Positions 1-11,378 of a stretch of 64,000 bases of DNA are shown here, one piece after another; the first letter of the stretch is position 1, and each line of letters begins with the position of its first letter. The translations under genes were made by a program, and so were the position numbers. The stretch is from Diplonema japonicum. Lineage: Eukaryota > Protista > Euglenozoa: Diplonemea. Location: positions 496,001 to 560,000 of the forward strand of contig OZ025667.1 in assembly GCA_964019335.1 (NCBI GenBank). Direction: 5' to 3'. The notes under the pieces are model-generated. The model saw only the letters and a program-made list of their open reading frames with translations. It was not told the DNA's origin and did no database searches.

Positions 1-1
1 G

Positions 2-886
2 GTGAGTATGCTGAAGAACTTTCTCGTTTTCATCACGAGGGTCCCCCTTGTCCTCACGGTGCTGACCTACTTCCTGCAGCCCTACTGGCTGATGCTCGTG
101 CAGTGCTTCCGCGAGTTGGGGCTCAACGATGCAGGCATCTTGACCGTGTCCCTGACGCTGCTGCACTCCGTCACGTACTGCATCTGCAACGGGTTCTATT
201 ACTTCCTCGACACTCACAAGTACCTCCAGCAGTACAAGATGCACAGAATACTTGCCATGGAGCACTCTGGCGACCAGTTCAAGCACACCCTGGCTGCGGC
301 ACTCGTCTCGCACGTCCTTGTGACGCCCCTCGTCATCTACAGCAGCTACAACCTTGTTATCAAAGACTACTTCATGGTCCCCGATGAGGAGCTCACTGAC
401 TTCACGATACTGTTTTTCGGTTATGCGACCGCCAAGGTTGTGAACAGCATGGGCTTCTACTGGGCACATAGAGCCGTGCACCACCCTGCCCTGTACTGGA
501 TCCACAAGCAGCACCACTCGTACGTGGGCACCATCGGTGTCAGTGCTGAGTACGCTCACCCCATCGAGCAGCTTGTTGCGAACCAGCTGCCTATAGCGCT
601 AAGCGTCCTGCCACTGCTGCACCCCCTTCCCACCATCATCTGGTTGTGGGAGCGTCTGGAACAGTCGTACCAGGTCCACTCTGGATATGCCTTTGTGGGC
701 ACCCTTCCTCACAAGCTTGGTCTTACCCACGCCTCAGGGGCTGCTTTCCACGACTTCCATCACACCATCAACAGCGGTAACTTCTCGGAGCCCTGGATCG
801 ACTGGTTGTTTGGAACCATGGACCCCTGGTTGGTGCAGGGTAGTGAGGAGGGCTACCTGGCCAGGAAGGACAAGAGCGAGAACTAA
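2..886 (+). CDS. Fatty acid hydroxylase/sterol desaturase superfamily (methylsterol monooxygenase ERG25-like), copy 1; 5' end lies before the window
   Basis: His boxes HRAVH, HKQHH, HDFHH; AEYAHPIE and HSGY motifs; aligns to copy 2 from copy 2's residue ~26. Confidence 0.85.
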   Translation: MSMLKNFLVFITRVPLVLTVLTYFLQPYWLMLVQCFRELGLNDAGILTVSLTLLHSVTYCICNGFYYFLDTHKYLQQYKMHRILAMEHSGDQFKHTLAAALVSHVLVTPLVIYSSYNLVIKDYFMVPDEELTDFTILFFGYATAKVVNSMGFYWAHRAVHHPALYWIHKQHHSYVGTIGVSAEYAHPIEQLVANQLPIALSVLPLLHPLPTIIWLWERLEQSYQVHSGYAFVGTLPHKLGLTHASGAAFHDFHHTINSGNFSEPWIDWLFGTMDPWLVQGSEEGYLARKDKSEN

Positions 887-1574
887 AGCTGCTGTTTGGG
901 GGTCGTACTCTTCGTTCGTCTTACTCTTGCTCCTTTTTTTAAAAAAAATTAAAATCGTTTTCCTTACTACAAGATTGGTTACCATTGCGCGAGAGAAGAA
1001 GAAAAAATCGCCACAGCTTCATCGTCACAGCTTCATTGATACATAGCTTTTTTCTTCTTTTTTTTTCCTGCGCTGACAAATGTTTCTTTATTTCTCCTTT
1101 CCCCACCTCCCTCCCTCCCTCCTTCCTTCCTTCATCTAAAGACAAGAACCTGCACAACAATTTTAATTTGATCCACTGACAACACAGTTGCCTGATACTT
1201 CTTTTTGTCAGGCGTCCTGCCACATCCGCAGGTACCCTTAAATGTCTCTTTTTTTTTTTCTTTTCTGCTTCTTGTTCCCGTTCTTATTCCTATACTTCGG
1301 AAGTACTTCTGATACCGATTGTACATTACATTCATGTCTCTCTCTCCTTTGCCTGGTGAACGAAGTAAGACGTTTTCGTTGCCTTACTTCTCACTGCGAT
1401 AACTGCTTGGCATGTCCAGCATTCAAGTGCTTACCAATCACAGAAGGCCCAATTGTGTGTTTCTTCGTGTGCTGCGAAACCTTTCTTGATTTTTTATCTC
1501 ACCCTCTCTGTTCCCTTCCCCTCTTGATAGCACGCTTGCTAACGTGATGCACAATACTACAGATACTAATCAAA

Positions 1575-2534
1575 ATGTCCGGCTTCGGAGGCGCATCGTT
1601 CTCGCCACGTGTGAAGGGCCAGCCCCGCCCGGAGTATCCTCCAACAACGAGCATGCTGAAGGATTTATTCTTGTCTAGCACGAGAGTCCCCCTTGTCCTC
1701 ACAGTGCTGACCTACTTCCTGCAGCCCTACTGGCTGATGCTCGTGCAGTGCTTCCGCGAGTTGGGGCTCAACGACTCCGGCATCTTCACTGTGTCGACAA
1801 TGGCAACACACACCATCACGTACTGCATCTGCAACGGGTTCTATTACTTCCTCGACACTCACAAGTACCTCCAGCAGTACAAGATGCACAGAACACCTGC
1901 CATGGAGCACTCTGGCGACCAGTTCAAGCACACCTTGCGTGAGGCCTTCGTCAGCCAGATACTCCTCGCGCCTTTTATTGTCTACTTCGCCTTCGACATC
2001 TTGCTGAATTCCTCATTCATGCAGCCCGATGAGGAGCTCACTGACTTCACGACACTGTTTTTCTGCTACGTGGCCGCCAAGGTTGTGAACAGCGTAGGCT
2101 TCTACTGGGCACATAGAACCGTGCACCACCCTGCCCTGTACTGGATCCACAAGCAGCACCACTCGTACGTGGGCACCATCGGTGTCAGTGCTGAGTACGC
2201 TCACCCCATCGAGCAGCTTGTTGCGAACCAGCTGCCTACCATCCTTGGCATCGTGCTGACGGCAAGACACCCCCTTCCCACCATCATCTGGTTGTGGGAG
2301 CGTCTGGAACAAACGTACCAGAGCCACTCTGGATATGCCTTTGTGGGCACCCTTCCTCACAAGCTTGGTCTTACCCACGCCTCAGGGGCTGCTTTCCACG
2401 ACTTCCATCACACCATCAACAGCGGTAACTTCTCGGAGCCCTGGATCGACTGGTTGTTTGGAACCATGGACCCCTGGTTGGTGCAGGGTAGTGAGGAGGG
2501 CTACCTGGCCAGGAAGGACAAGAGCGAGAACTGA
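1575..2534 (+). CDS. Fatty acid hydroxylase/sterol desaturase superfamily (ERG25-like), copy 2
   Basis: 319 aa; HRTVH, HKQHH, HDFHH; long blocks identical to copy 1. Confidence 0.88.
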   Translation: MSGFGGASFSPRVKGQPRPEYPPTTSMLKDLFLSSTRVPLVLTVLTYFLQPYWLMLVQCFRELGLNDSGIFTVSTMATHTITYCICNGFYYFLDTHKYLQQYKMHRTPAMEHSGDQFKHTLREAFVSQILLAPFIVYFAFDILLNSSFMQPDEELTDFTTLFFCYVAAKVVNSVGFYWAHRTVHHPALYWIHKQHHSYVGTIGVSAEYAHPIEQLVANQLPTILGIVLTARHPLPTIIWLWERLEQTYQSHSGYAFVGTLPHKLGLTHASGAAFHDFHHTINSGNFSEPWIDWLFGTMDPWLVQGSEEGYLARKDKSEN

Positions 2535-3094
2535 GTTGATTCACATTCGGTGTTTAAGGGCGTTGCCAGCTTTCAGAATTTATCGTGCTGGCAGCGCTTG
2601 TTATGCATTTGGGATCGCGTACTTCAGTATTCAATGCAAGACCGTGCTTCGTGCGTTCTCTTCGCTTTCGTCAGTTTTTTCTACACAGTTTGGGGCATCC
2701 TTTCTCCCCGTCGTCTTCTTTTTTCTTTCTGATTCGATTGCTGGTTCACGCGCGCGATAGTTTTAACGATTCCTCTTGAAGAAGAATTCACAGCAATTAT
2801 ATCCCTCTCTTTGCTACTACGGCTGGTGGGGCACGGATGTGAAGAGACAGCACTGCGCCTCCAAACGCTCCACTGTCTTGTCCTGTGTTCGTGTACACCG
2901 GCAATGTGAAAAACCTTGTAATAGTGACCATTCGGTGAAGGATACCGGGCCTGCTTCCTGGTTAAGTTGAACACTTCTGCATTGTGTTTTCTATTTTTAT
3001 TATTTTTTTATTCGTGTTTTGTAATGTTGTTTTGTAGACTGCTTCCCCACCACACCGCAGCTTTCTTTCAAACCAAAAGAAAAACAAACGAAAA

Positions 3095-4039
3095 ATGTGC
3101 AGTTCAAAAGGTGCTAGTATCCAACCTGTCCGTCCTGACTATCCGCCTGCAGCGGAAGTGCTGAAAGAGTTTGTCGTGTCCAGCATCAAGGTGCCTTTGT
3201 TCCTCACGGTGCTGACGTATCTCCTGCAGCCTTACTGGCTGATGTTCGTGCAGTGCCTTCACGAGATGGGTGGGAACGACGCAGGCATCTTCGCAGTGTC
3301 TGTGGTGGCGACACACGCCGTCACGTACTGCATCTGGAACGGGTTCTTCTATGTCCTTGACACCTACGAGTACCTCCAGCAGTACAGGATGCACAGAACA
3401 CCTGCCATGCAGCACACCCCCGAGCAGTACAAGCACACCTTGGTCGTAGCCTTCGTGGGGCAGGTCATCATTGCGCCCTTCATGCTCTACAACTTGTATG
3501 ACATCTTCCTGAGGGACTTGTTCCAGCAGCCGAGTGAGGAGATCACCGACTTCCAGACCACCTTCTTGAGCTTCATGGCCGCCAAGACTTTGAACAGTGT
3601 TCTGTTCTACTGGGCGCATAGGACGGCGCACCACCCTGCCCTGTACTGGATCCACAAGCAGCACCACTCGTACGTGGGCTGCATCAGCGTAAGTGCTGAG
3701 TACGCCCACCCTCTTGAGCAAGTGTTCACTAACCAGATGCCCATTGTTTTGAGCATTATGCTTACGGTAAACCACCCCCTTCCCACCATGTTCTGGGTGT
3801 GGGAACGTCTGCAGCAGACGTACCAGACCCACTCTGGATATGCCTTTGTGGGCACCCTTCCTCACAAGCTTGGGATCACGCATACGTCGGGGGCCGCCTT
3901 CCATGATTTCCACCACTCCGTCAACAGCGGCAACTACTCAGAGCCTTGGACTGACTATGTGTTTGGAACCATGGACCCCTGGTTGGCTCAGGGTGGCGAG
4001 GAGGGCTACCTGGCCAGGAAGGACAAGAGCGAGAACTGA
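3095..4039 (+). CDS. Fatty acid hydroxylase/sterol desaturase superfamily (ERG25-like), copy 3
   Basis: 314 aa; HRTAH, HKQHH, HDFHH; same C-terminus GYLARKDKSEN. Confidence 0.88.
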   Translation: MCSSKGASIQPVRPDYPPAAEVLKEFVVSSIKVPLFLTVLTYLLQPYWLMFVQCLHEMGGNDAGIFAVSVVATHAVTYCIWNGFFYVLDTYEYLQQYRMHRTPAMQHTPEQYKHTLVVAFVGQVIIAPFMLYNLYDIFLRDLFQQPSEEITDFQTTFLSFMAAKTLNSVLFYWAHRTAHHPALYWIHKQHHSYVGCISVSAEYAHPLEQVFTNQMPIVLSIMLTVNHPLPTMFWVWERLQQTYQTHSGYAFVGTLPHKLGITHTSGAAFHDFHHSVNSGNYSEPWTDYVFGTMDPWLAQGGEEGYLARKDKSEN

Positions 4040-5743
4040 GTCCCTGTGACATGAAGCTGTAAGACACGGTGGTGCTGCTGGTACACCATGTCTTCGGGAC
4101 GTATCTGGTGAGGCTTGCTGTGATGGGGTGGTGTGTCCAATGGTAACAGGGCAGGGATTGTTGTACTCCGTACTCCGTGTGACCTGTGACATCCTGCCCA
4201 AGGACCGCTACACGCCTTTCACTGTGATAGCAACCTTTTACGAGCTCTGCAGCAGTTCATGTCTACTCCCTCCCCCCCCCCCCCCCCCCCCCTCCCCTAT
4301 TCCTTCCTCTCTCCCTCTCTCTTCTATAATAATTCGAAATCTTTTATTTGCCCGACCGTGGGTGGGGTACATAATTCGTACTAATACAAGCAAGGTGTGA
4401 CTGTGCTTCTTCGTGTGCTGTGTAAGCTGCCTTGCTCTTCCATCCTCTTTATACACTCTCACTAAACATTTACTTTACCGAACGGTTTGTTCCGTCTTCA
4501 CATGAAGCTTACAAAAAGAAAAAGAAAAAGAAAACGTCTTTCAAAAAAAAAGAGTAGTAATACCCCCCCGTACTGTAAAACAAAAACTAACTTACGGACA
4601 ATACAGAAGTCAAAACAGAAGCACGAACGTTTTCGTCAATTTTTATTTTACAGTAAAATATTATAAAAAAAGAATCCAGGAAAATAAAAAAAAAATAAAA
4701 AGAAATGACTTTAAATCATGATTTCTTTTTTTTTTCCCCTCTTCTTTAGTTTGCTCTCAATTCTTTACCTCGTCAACCCACGGACCACCAACCCACGTAT
4801 TTTTCTTCATGTTGAATGAGGTAAAATTGAGGAAAGTGAACAAAACCCCCCACTCTTTTTGTAAATTTCATTATTAAGGCGAACGAAAAAAAAAGGGGGG
4901 GAACCAAAAAGGTCAACTTTTTTATCCCATGCTTTCTCTTGCAGCTGGCTACCTTTTGTGTAAAAGCACGCGGTTTGATGTCTCCTGGTGCTAGGTGCTA
5001 TGAGATCGCTAGAAACACAGAGCACGGTAAGCAGAAAGGCTCTGTACTCCCTATTTTCTTCTTCTTTTTCCTCTCTAATTGTGTGGTTGACATCTTCCTT
5101 AGTTCATTAGTGAATTGCCCCCACTCTCCTTTTCTGCTGAAGTGAACGTGGCATGAGGAAAAAAAAAGAGGCGGGGGGGGGGGATTAAATAACGAAACCT
5201 TTTCTATCAACTATACATTTGAACCAAGAAGGCTACTTGTTGTGTTGTACTTCGTGTGCAAGCGAGAAAAAAAAAAAGAAATAAAAGAAGAAAAAAAAAA
5301 CGGGAGGGGGAAAAAAAAAACAGCCTTTCTTAAAGACTCTCTTCATCCTCTAGCTCAACTAAAAAACCGGTTTCTTGATGAGGATCCAAACAATCTTCCT
5401 TCTGAAGAATATGAATCCCTGTGGGAAACCACCTTCTGTCCCCCCCCCCCGATCCACGTCTATTTTCTTTTTTTAATTTTGTAACATTAAGTTGTTATGT
5501 TATGATTGTACTTCCTTTCTGTTTTCTTTTTATTTTTTTATTTTTGCTGGAACAAGTAAAAAAACAAATTTTTGAAAAGAATTGTTATTGCAAAAAAGAG
5601 TAGAGGCAGCTTGTCCGTTTATCCCTACTGTAGGTGAAAACGGCTTGCACAAACAATCAGCCGACTCTTTTTTTCTTGCTCGTTTCTTCCTTCATGCTCC
5701 CCACCCTCCCCGTTGTCTCACCTCATTTCAGGAAGTAGTGGCG

Positions 5744-6826
5744 ATGAAGTTGAAGAAATGGCTGCACATGATCTCTGTCACCGATGTCCCACGTGTGGTG
5801 CGGTTTACCGACACACGATTAGGGTTCTGGAAAGTGCTGCTCACCAGTTTAACAATAATATTCTGCGTAGTAAAGGTTATCATAATCGACCGCGGGCATC
5901 TAGCTGCTGATGTCCCCGTGGGGATCGCTCGGGTCACCTTAGTCGAGCCTCAAGAGATGCCGCAAGAAAAACCCGCCTATTGCAACGGGACAGGCTGCCT
6001 GGAGTGGGATGTAGTGGACATGAAAGGCGGCGGCGGGACAATGAACATGCTTACGATACCCACAATGGTTCAAATAATGAAACAGAAGCGGCGATGCGAC
6101 CCTGCATGCCGTTGGGTGACACAGGACCTGACAACACAGCGGGTGTTGCACCCTGACGTCTTCGGGGTCAGTGTGGAGCACATCTACCAAAGCCCAAAAT
6201 TCTACCAGGAGTGGATAGACGACAATCCTGACAAGAGGCACGATGCAAACCCTTGGTGGGGCTCGCACGCCTCCACCCCAGGCTATCTTTTAGATCAGGG
6301 GAATAATATTCTGCAGAGGTTCGGCACCAATAGTGCCGACAACACCAATGTCAGCCTCTTGCTGCAAGCGGGCGATGTGCGCATCGACAGCTACAGAGAC
6401 AAGGGTGTGGTGCTTCTTGTGAGCATCGCGTACCACAACAGGCCCCTTTTGCACTCCGTCGACAATAGTGACTGGCTGTCATGGTCTGCGATGTTCCCTC
6501 TTTTGGAGGAGATTCAGTATACATACAGAGTAGCTAAGGTTCCATTGTCCGATAGCAGCAAGCCCGAAGTCCTGTCAGTCAACGACACCACTCGCGTGAT
6601 CCGCGAGACGCGATACATCCAACTTTGTTTTGTGCACACGGGCGACCTTCTTGCCCTTTCCACCTCGCTCCTCATCCTCACAGCATCTGCTGCCATTACA
6701 CTGCTGCAGTTCAGCGACCAGATCGTTTTGGCCATTGCACAAAACTTCCTCACATCGAAATGGGGTGTCGAGATGCTCGTCTGGTCACCCGCGCGGTCAA
6801 GGAGTCTCTTGGAAAGAACTCTGTAA
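5744..6826 (+). CDS. P2X-receptor-like two-TM channel protein
   Basis: ATG 5744 follows a pyrimidine tract and CAG; VVRFTDTRLG then TM1, Cys-containing ectodomain, GVVLLVSIAYHN, TM2 near the C-terminus; resembles protist P2X family layout. Confidence 0.6.
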   Translation: MKLKKWLHMISVTDVPRVVRFTDTRLGFWKVLLTSLTIIFCVVKVIIIDRGHLAADVPVGIARVTLVEPQEMPQEKPAYCNGTGCLEWDVVDMKGGGGTMNMLTIPTMVQIMKQKRRCDPACRWVTQDLTTQRVLHPDVFGVSVEHIYQSPKFYQEWIDDNPDKRHDANPWWGSHASTPGYLLDQGNNILQRFGTNSADNTNVSLLLQAGDVRIDSYRDKGVVLLVSIAYHNRPLLHSVDNSDWLSWSAMFPLLEEIQYTYRVAKVPLSDSSKPEVLSVNDTTRVIRETRYIQLCFVHTGDLLALSTSLLILTASAAITLLQFSDQIVLAIAQNFLTSKWGVEMLVWSPARSRSLLERTL

Positions 6827-6922
6827 CTGTTATCCATGGCCATTGATCAGTTCTGGAGTCGATCTTTTTCGCCGATTTGGTCTTGTTGTAGTGTTCACCA
6901 TACTATTCATTTCTTACAGGTA

Positions 6923-7630
6923 ATGCTGGGCCCACATGGTCACAATGTCGAACTGCCGAACTGGGATAGTGTGCACAGGCGTATGTACCCAGGCGTCCAA
7001 ACTAGTCGGCAGCTGAACGACACGCTGCACGTGCTGCAAAAGCTACACTCCTTTGTACTCGAGATTGACGAGCGGATAAAAGAAAATAAGGGGACTTCGC
7101 GGGCCTGCGCGCAGAATTCCAAATCATATGTCATTGCCCCCACGCACACGTGTGGCTACACCACGAGGTTCGTGTGCCCCGCCTGCAACAACACCGCACC
7201 GAGGGGTGCACGCCCGAAGCATAAAGGACCTAAGAAACCTATTCGCAAAGAGGTGTCACCAAAACCCCCAGCACCCGTTGAGGAACCTAATATCCAGCAA
7301 GCACCACCTCACCATACTGAACAACCCCAGCACCCATACCCATACCCATACCCGTACCCATACCCATACCCTCAAGAGGCCTTTGACGAAAGGTACTACA
7401 TGCCGAGTGCATACGAAGCAGGGATTCCGCAGCACATGCAGTACAGTATGTGGCAACGCGATGTGATGTGGCCCTACATGCACACACATATGTACCCTCT
7501 CGGACCGTCCTATGATAACAACGAGCAGATGCTGCGTAGGAGTGAAGTGGCAGAGACGGACAGGCAGGAGATGGTGGAAAACTGGGTACAGCAACAAGTC
7601 GGCAAGGAGCAAGCCAACCACACTGAGTGA
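6923..7630 (+). CDS. Hypothetical protein (CxxC motif, PY repeats)
   Basis: Open frame; ATG right after TTCTTACAG. Confidence 0.55.
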   Translation: MLGPHGHNVELPNWDSVHRRMYPGVQTSRQLNDTLHVLQKLHSFVLEIDERIKENKGTSRACAQNSKSYVIAPTHTCGYTTRFVCPACNNTAPRGARPKHKGPKKPIRKEVSPKPPAPVEEPNIQQAPPHHTEQPQHPYPYPYPYPYPYPQEAFDERYYMPSAYEAGIPQHMQYSMWQRDVMWPYMHTHMYPLGPSYDNNEQMLRRSEVAETDRQEMVENWVQQQVGKEQANHTE

Positions 7631-7989
7631 AGATCCGTAACTATCCGCTTAGCCACGCCGCAAAGATGGATGTTTTTGTATTGTAACCTAACCTATGCTC
7701 GCCGGTGCTTCGATCTTGCATGAACCCGGACGGCGCTCGTTGAATCGGCCCTAAGGAAACTCTTTCTGTCATGCGGTTGTCAGGCTTCGATTCATCATTT
7801 CAGGAGCAATCGGTCTCGGTGGCAAGTGTCAATCGGGGCATGCCTACTGAGCTTGTAATGTAAAATAATTCTCTTTTTTTGGGGGGGCCACTCGTCTTAC
7901 CCACACTCCTCCTATCTTTGGAGTTTAATTTTTTGTATCCTTTTATTTACTGAAGCCCAGTAATTCAACCTTGCACAGCAAGGAAAAAT

Positions 7990-9051
7990 ATGAAGCCCGA
8001 GACGAGATGCGTTCACGGCGCCCCTTATGATGGGCCAGATGTGATCCATCCGATCACAACGTCCGTCACCTTCAAGTCGTTTGATGGAGCAACTAAAGTT
8101 TATAGTCGAATGGATGGAAGTCAGAACGTGCGAGAGGCTGTAGAAGAAATACTTGGGAGTCTAGAAGGGGGCAAGGCCGTGCTGTATCCCAGCGGACAGG
8201 CTGCAACGTACTCTGTTCTGAGCTACCTTCAGCCCAAGCAGGTGGCCATTGACGGTGGGTACCATGGTACTGGGCAGGTGATACAGATGCTGGGCATGAA
8301 GAGTGTGAGATTTACAGATCTTTCGAAGCTAGGTGCGGGAGACGTTTTATGGCTGGAGACACCAAAAAACCCCACGTGTGATGTGTATTTCATAAAAGAT
8401 TACACGGCTCTGCAGCAGAAGGGTGTCGTCATCTGTGTGGACAGCACTTTCGCACCTCCTCCTGTGCAGTACTGTTTGGAGAAGGGTGCAGACTTCGTGG
8501 TGCACTCATCGACAAAGTTCCTGAACGGCCACTCGGACGCCATGGGCGGTGTGGTTGTGTCGAAACGCACAGCAGACATCGACAAACTGATCACTGCACG
8601 CATGGTGATGGGCAACACACCCGGATCCCTTGATGCATGGCTCCTTCTCAGGAGCTTAAAAACCTTAACGGTCAGGATCGAGCGACAGTGCCAGACTGCG
8701 TTGAGCATAGTTAGTTTCCTGCAGACATGCCCCCATGTCAGCAAGGTGCACCACCCTTCTCTGTCCACTGCTGACGTCAAGTCCCAGATGCACTTGTACG
8801 GTGCTGTGCTGTCTTTCGAAACGACGCCTCCTTCTATAGCCCGTCGTGTGCCGAGCTGCCTCAAGTTTATGAACAACGCCACGTCCCTCGGTTCGGTTGA
8901 GAGCTTGATTGAATGGAGGCACAAGTGGGATCCCGCCGTGTCGCAAGGTCTTCTGCGTGTGTCCGTTGGTCTTGAGAACGAGCAAGACCTCGTGGCCGAC
9001 CTTAGGCAAGCTTTGGAGCGCTGCGCGAAGGAAGCTGCGAGCAAGTTGTGA
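7990..9051 (+). CDS. Cys/Met metabolism PLP-dependent enzyme (cystathionine lyase/synthase family) with C-terminal PTS1
   Basis: YSR, LETPKNP, DSTFA, HSSTKFLNGHSD (PLP Lys), SLGSVESL, LLRVSVGLE; ends SKL. Confidence 0.9.
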   Translation: MKPETRCVHGAPYDGPDVIHPITTSVTFKSFDGATKVYSRMDGSQNVREAVEEILGSLEGGKAVLYPSGQAATYSVLSYLQPKQVAIDGGYHGTGQVIQMLGMKSVRFTDLSKLGAGDVLWLETPKNPTCDVYFIKDYTALQQKGVVICVDSTFAPPPVQYCLEKGADFVVHSSTKFLNGHSDAMGGVVVSKRTADIDKLITARMVMGNTPGSLDAWLLLRSLKTLTVRIERQCQTALSIVSFLQTCPHVSKVHHPSLSTADVKSQMHLYGAVLSFETTPPSIARRVPSCLKFMNNATSLGSVESLIEWRHKWDPAVSQGLLRVSVGLENEQDLVADLRQALERCAKEAASKL

Positions 9052-9469
9052 GATTTCTACTCACAGTACTCACAGCCACCAACGTACGCTCGATGACGAG
9101 CACAGAGTGCACTTTCTTTGCGTAATTTTTCTGTTATTTACCCTTTCCAACATTGCTTCAAGTGCACAAGGCGCGGCGACTGTGGCGGGGCTGCATTGTT
9201 CCTGAAGGTTAGTTATCACAAGCTGTTGTTCTTCCGAAGTAATGATAGTGAGCGAGCTCTTTGACATGCATTTTCTCTCTCCCACCTCATCTTGCTCAGT
9301 TAGGGACAACCATGCAGACATGTGACATGAGCCAAAGTCCTCTTGCACATGTCGCACGCTTTCTCTTCGACAAGATACAACTCCTGACTCGGGCAAGCCT
9401 TCCGTGCTGCTAGATATATCACACTTATGACACTTTCATACCATTCACTATCACTACAGAGCTCACAAA

Positions 9470-10909
9470 ATGCCCAGGGTTGCCCTCATCGGCGGGGGAA
9501 TAAGCGCAGGTGCGCTGGTGGCGCAGTTGCTGCGGAACGGCAAGAACTTGGAAATCAATGTGTTCGAAAAGGAAGGCGAGAGAGAAATGTGGTCCGGTGT
9601 TGCCTATGGCACACCAGCAGAATGGCATCTCATCAACATTCCTTCCTATGCCATGTCGATATTGGAAGATGACAAGGAACACCTGAGCAGGTGGTTGCAG
9701 AAGAAGAGAGAAGAAGGAAAGATAAGCAAGGAGTGGGGAACAGACAGGAAACACATACCGCGTGGAATGTTCGGTCAGTACGTAAAAGAAACTGTGACAG
9801 AAGAGTCTGCGAAAAACCCTTCTTGCAATATTGAGTACACGCGCGGGGAAGTGACTGTGGCCAACGAGGGCGGTGTAGTGCTGGAGGACGGCACCATGAT
9901 CGCTGCTGACATCGTGGTGCTGTGCAGCGGGAACTTCAGCCCTTCGAATATCAAATTCTCAAATTCAGAGTACTTCTACAAAACATCTGAAAGATATATT
10001 CAGAACCCATGGAAACACCTCTCCGACCTGCACGCCCTCATAGCTCCTGACGCACGAGTGGGTCTCATAGGCTCCAGGTTGACTGCTGTCGATGTGCTTC
10101 TCACATTGCAGAACACCAACCACACCGGCAAGGTACACCTCATATCGAGAACTGGCCTCCTCCCGAAGGCAAACCACGCTGAGGTACTGGCACCCTTGCG
10201 TGACATGTCCGATATTGTGGGCTTCTCCCTCCCGTCGGATGAGGAGGCCGCTGCCATCGTGCAGGATGGGAAGGGCCTCCCTGGGGTGGATATCGACGTG
10301 GACCGCATCTTCACAACTATTATCGAGAACTGCAAGCGCATCGAGGGTGAAGGGGGCATTTGGCAGACAGAGGTAGACTCGCTCCGCCCGTTCTTCAACA
10401 AACTGTGGAAGTGCATGAACACTGAGAAACGCAGTGTGTTCCTCACCAAGTACAGAGACGAGTTTGAGATCCGTAGACACAGAGTGGCTCCTGGAATACT
10501 GGAAGCGATTGCCCCTATCTTGGACAAGGCCCCACATCACCTTGGGCACATCCAGGCAATGACGCAGAGTGATCCAAGATCGCCAGTTACAGTGACGCTG
10601 CCTGAAGAGTCGTTTGAAGTTGACTGGATTATCAACTGTACAGGGCCGCAGCTGGATTTTCGCCACACGCCGCCATCGCCGCTATTCACGCAGCTTATCA
10701 CCACCTCACAGGTGACTCCTGAGCAAACGGGCATTGGGCTCTTAATTGACACGGCGACGGGAAAGCTTCTCACCCCCTCACTGAACCCTTCATCATACCT
10801 CTTCGCTGTGGGGCCGATCTGCAAGGGCAGCGAATGGGAGACAATCGCCGTCAAAGATATCAGACGGCAGGCTTGTGTAGTCGCGCGTGAAATACTTTCG
10901 TTTTGTTAA
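9470..10909 (+). CDS. FAD/NAD(P)-binding oxidoreductase, bacterial YdhS/NAD_binding_9-like
   Basis: VALIGGGISAG Rossmann motif, GVAYGT...HLINIP, IGSRLTAVD, INCTGP, FAVGPICKG..WE; intronless. Confidence 0.8.
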   Translation: MPRVALIGGGISAGALVAQLLRNGKNLEINVFEKEGEREMWSGVAYGTPAEWHLINIPSYAMSILEDDKEHLSRWLQKKREEGKISKEWGTDRKHIPRGMFGQYVKETVTEESAKNPSCNIEYTRGEVTVANEGGVVLEDGTMIAADIVVLCSGNFSPSNIKFSNSEYFYKTSERYIQNPWKHLSDLHALIAPDARVGLIGSRLTAVDVLLTLQNTNHTGKVHLISRTGLLPKANHAEVLAPLRDMSDIVGFSLPSDEEAAAIVQDGKGLPGVDIDVDRIFTTIIENCKRIEGEGGIWQTEVDSLRPFFNKLWKCMNTEKRSVFLTKYRDEFEIRRHRVAPGILEAIAPILDKAPHHLGHIQAMTQSDPRSPVTVTLPEESFEVDWIINCTGPQLDFRHTPPSPLFTQLITTSQVTPEQTGIGLLIDTATGKLLTPSLNPSSYLFAVGPICKGSEWETIAVKDIRRQACVVAREILSFC

Positions 10910-11378
10910 TATGTTTAAACACCGCACCACCCAGTGATCCATCCAGCAAGGCCGTGGCCAAACGGCCTCAGCCAGATATTACGTATCACACAGACAGACG
11001 GCGCTTCACGTTATAACGAAGAATGAAAAATGAAAAGCAAAACCAATGGGGAAAAAAAAAATGATTATAAACGTGCTGCTCGCATCCTTGAGCAGAAAGA
11101 TAAGAATGGAAAGAAAAAGGAAAGAACCCACTAGGCAGGCTTACGAACTGTGGCTCACAGTGTGTTGTTCGAATTTTCTTTTTTATACCGCCTTTTCTTT
11201 CTTTCCGTTTATCCCCTCTCGTTCTTATTTTATTATGACACACAGGCATCAACACAACACTCTTTAGATTTATTGGATCACGAAAGAGGGAAAAAAAAGG
11301 GGTAAAAAAAAAGAAGGAAAAAAAAAAAACAAAAAGAAAAACACATAAATTGATTTTGTCATCTCCCCCCCTAATAAA

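Noticed and set aside
7631-7989. Complex-sequence spacer as a possible structured ncRNA (also 9052-9469)
   Set aside because: No tRNA, SRP, snRNA or snoRNA motif set could be identified by eye; an Rfam/Infernal scan would be needed
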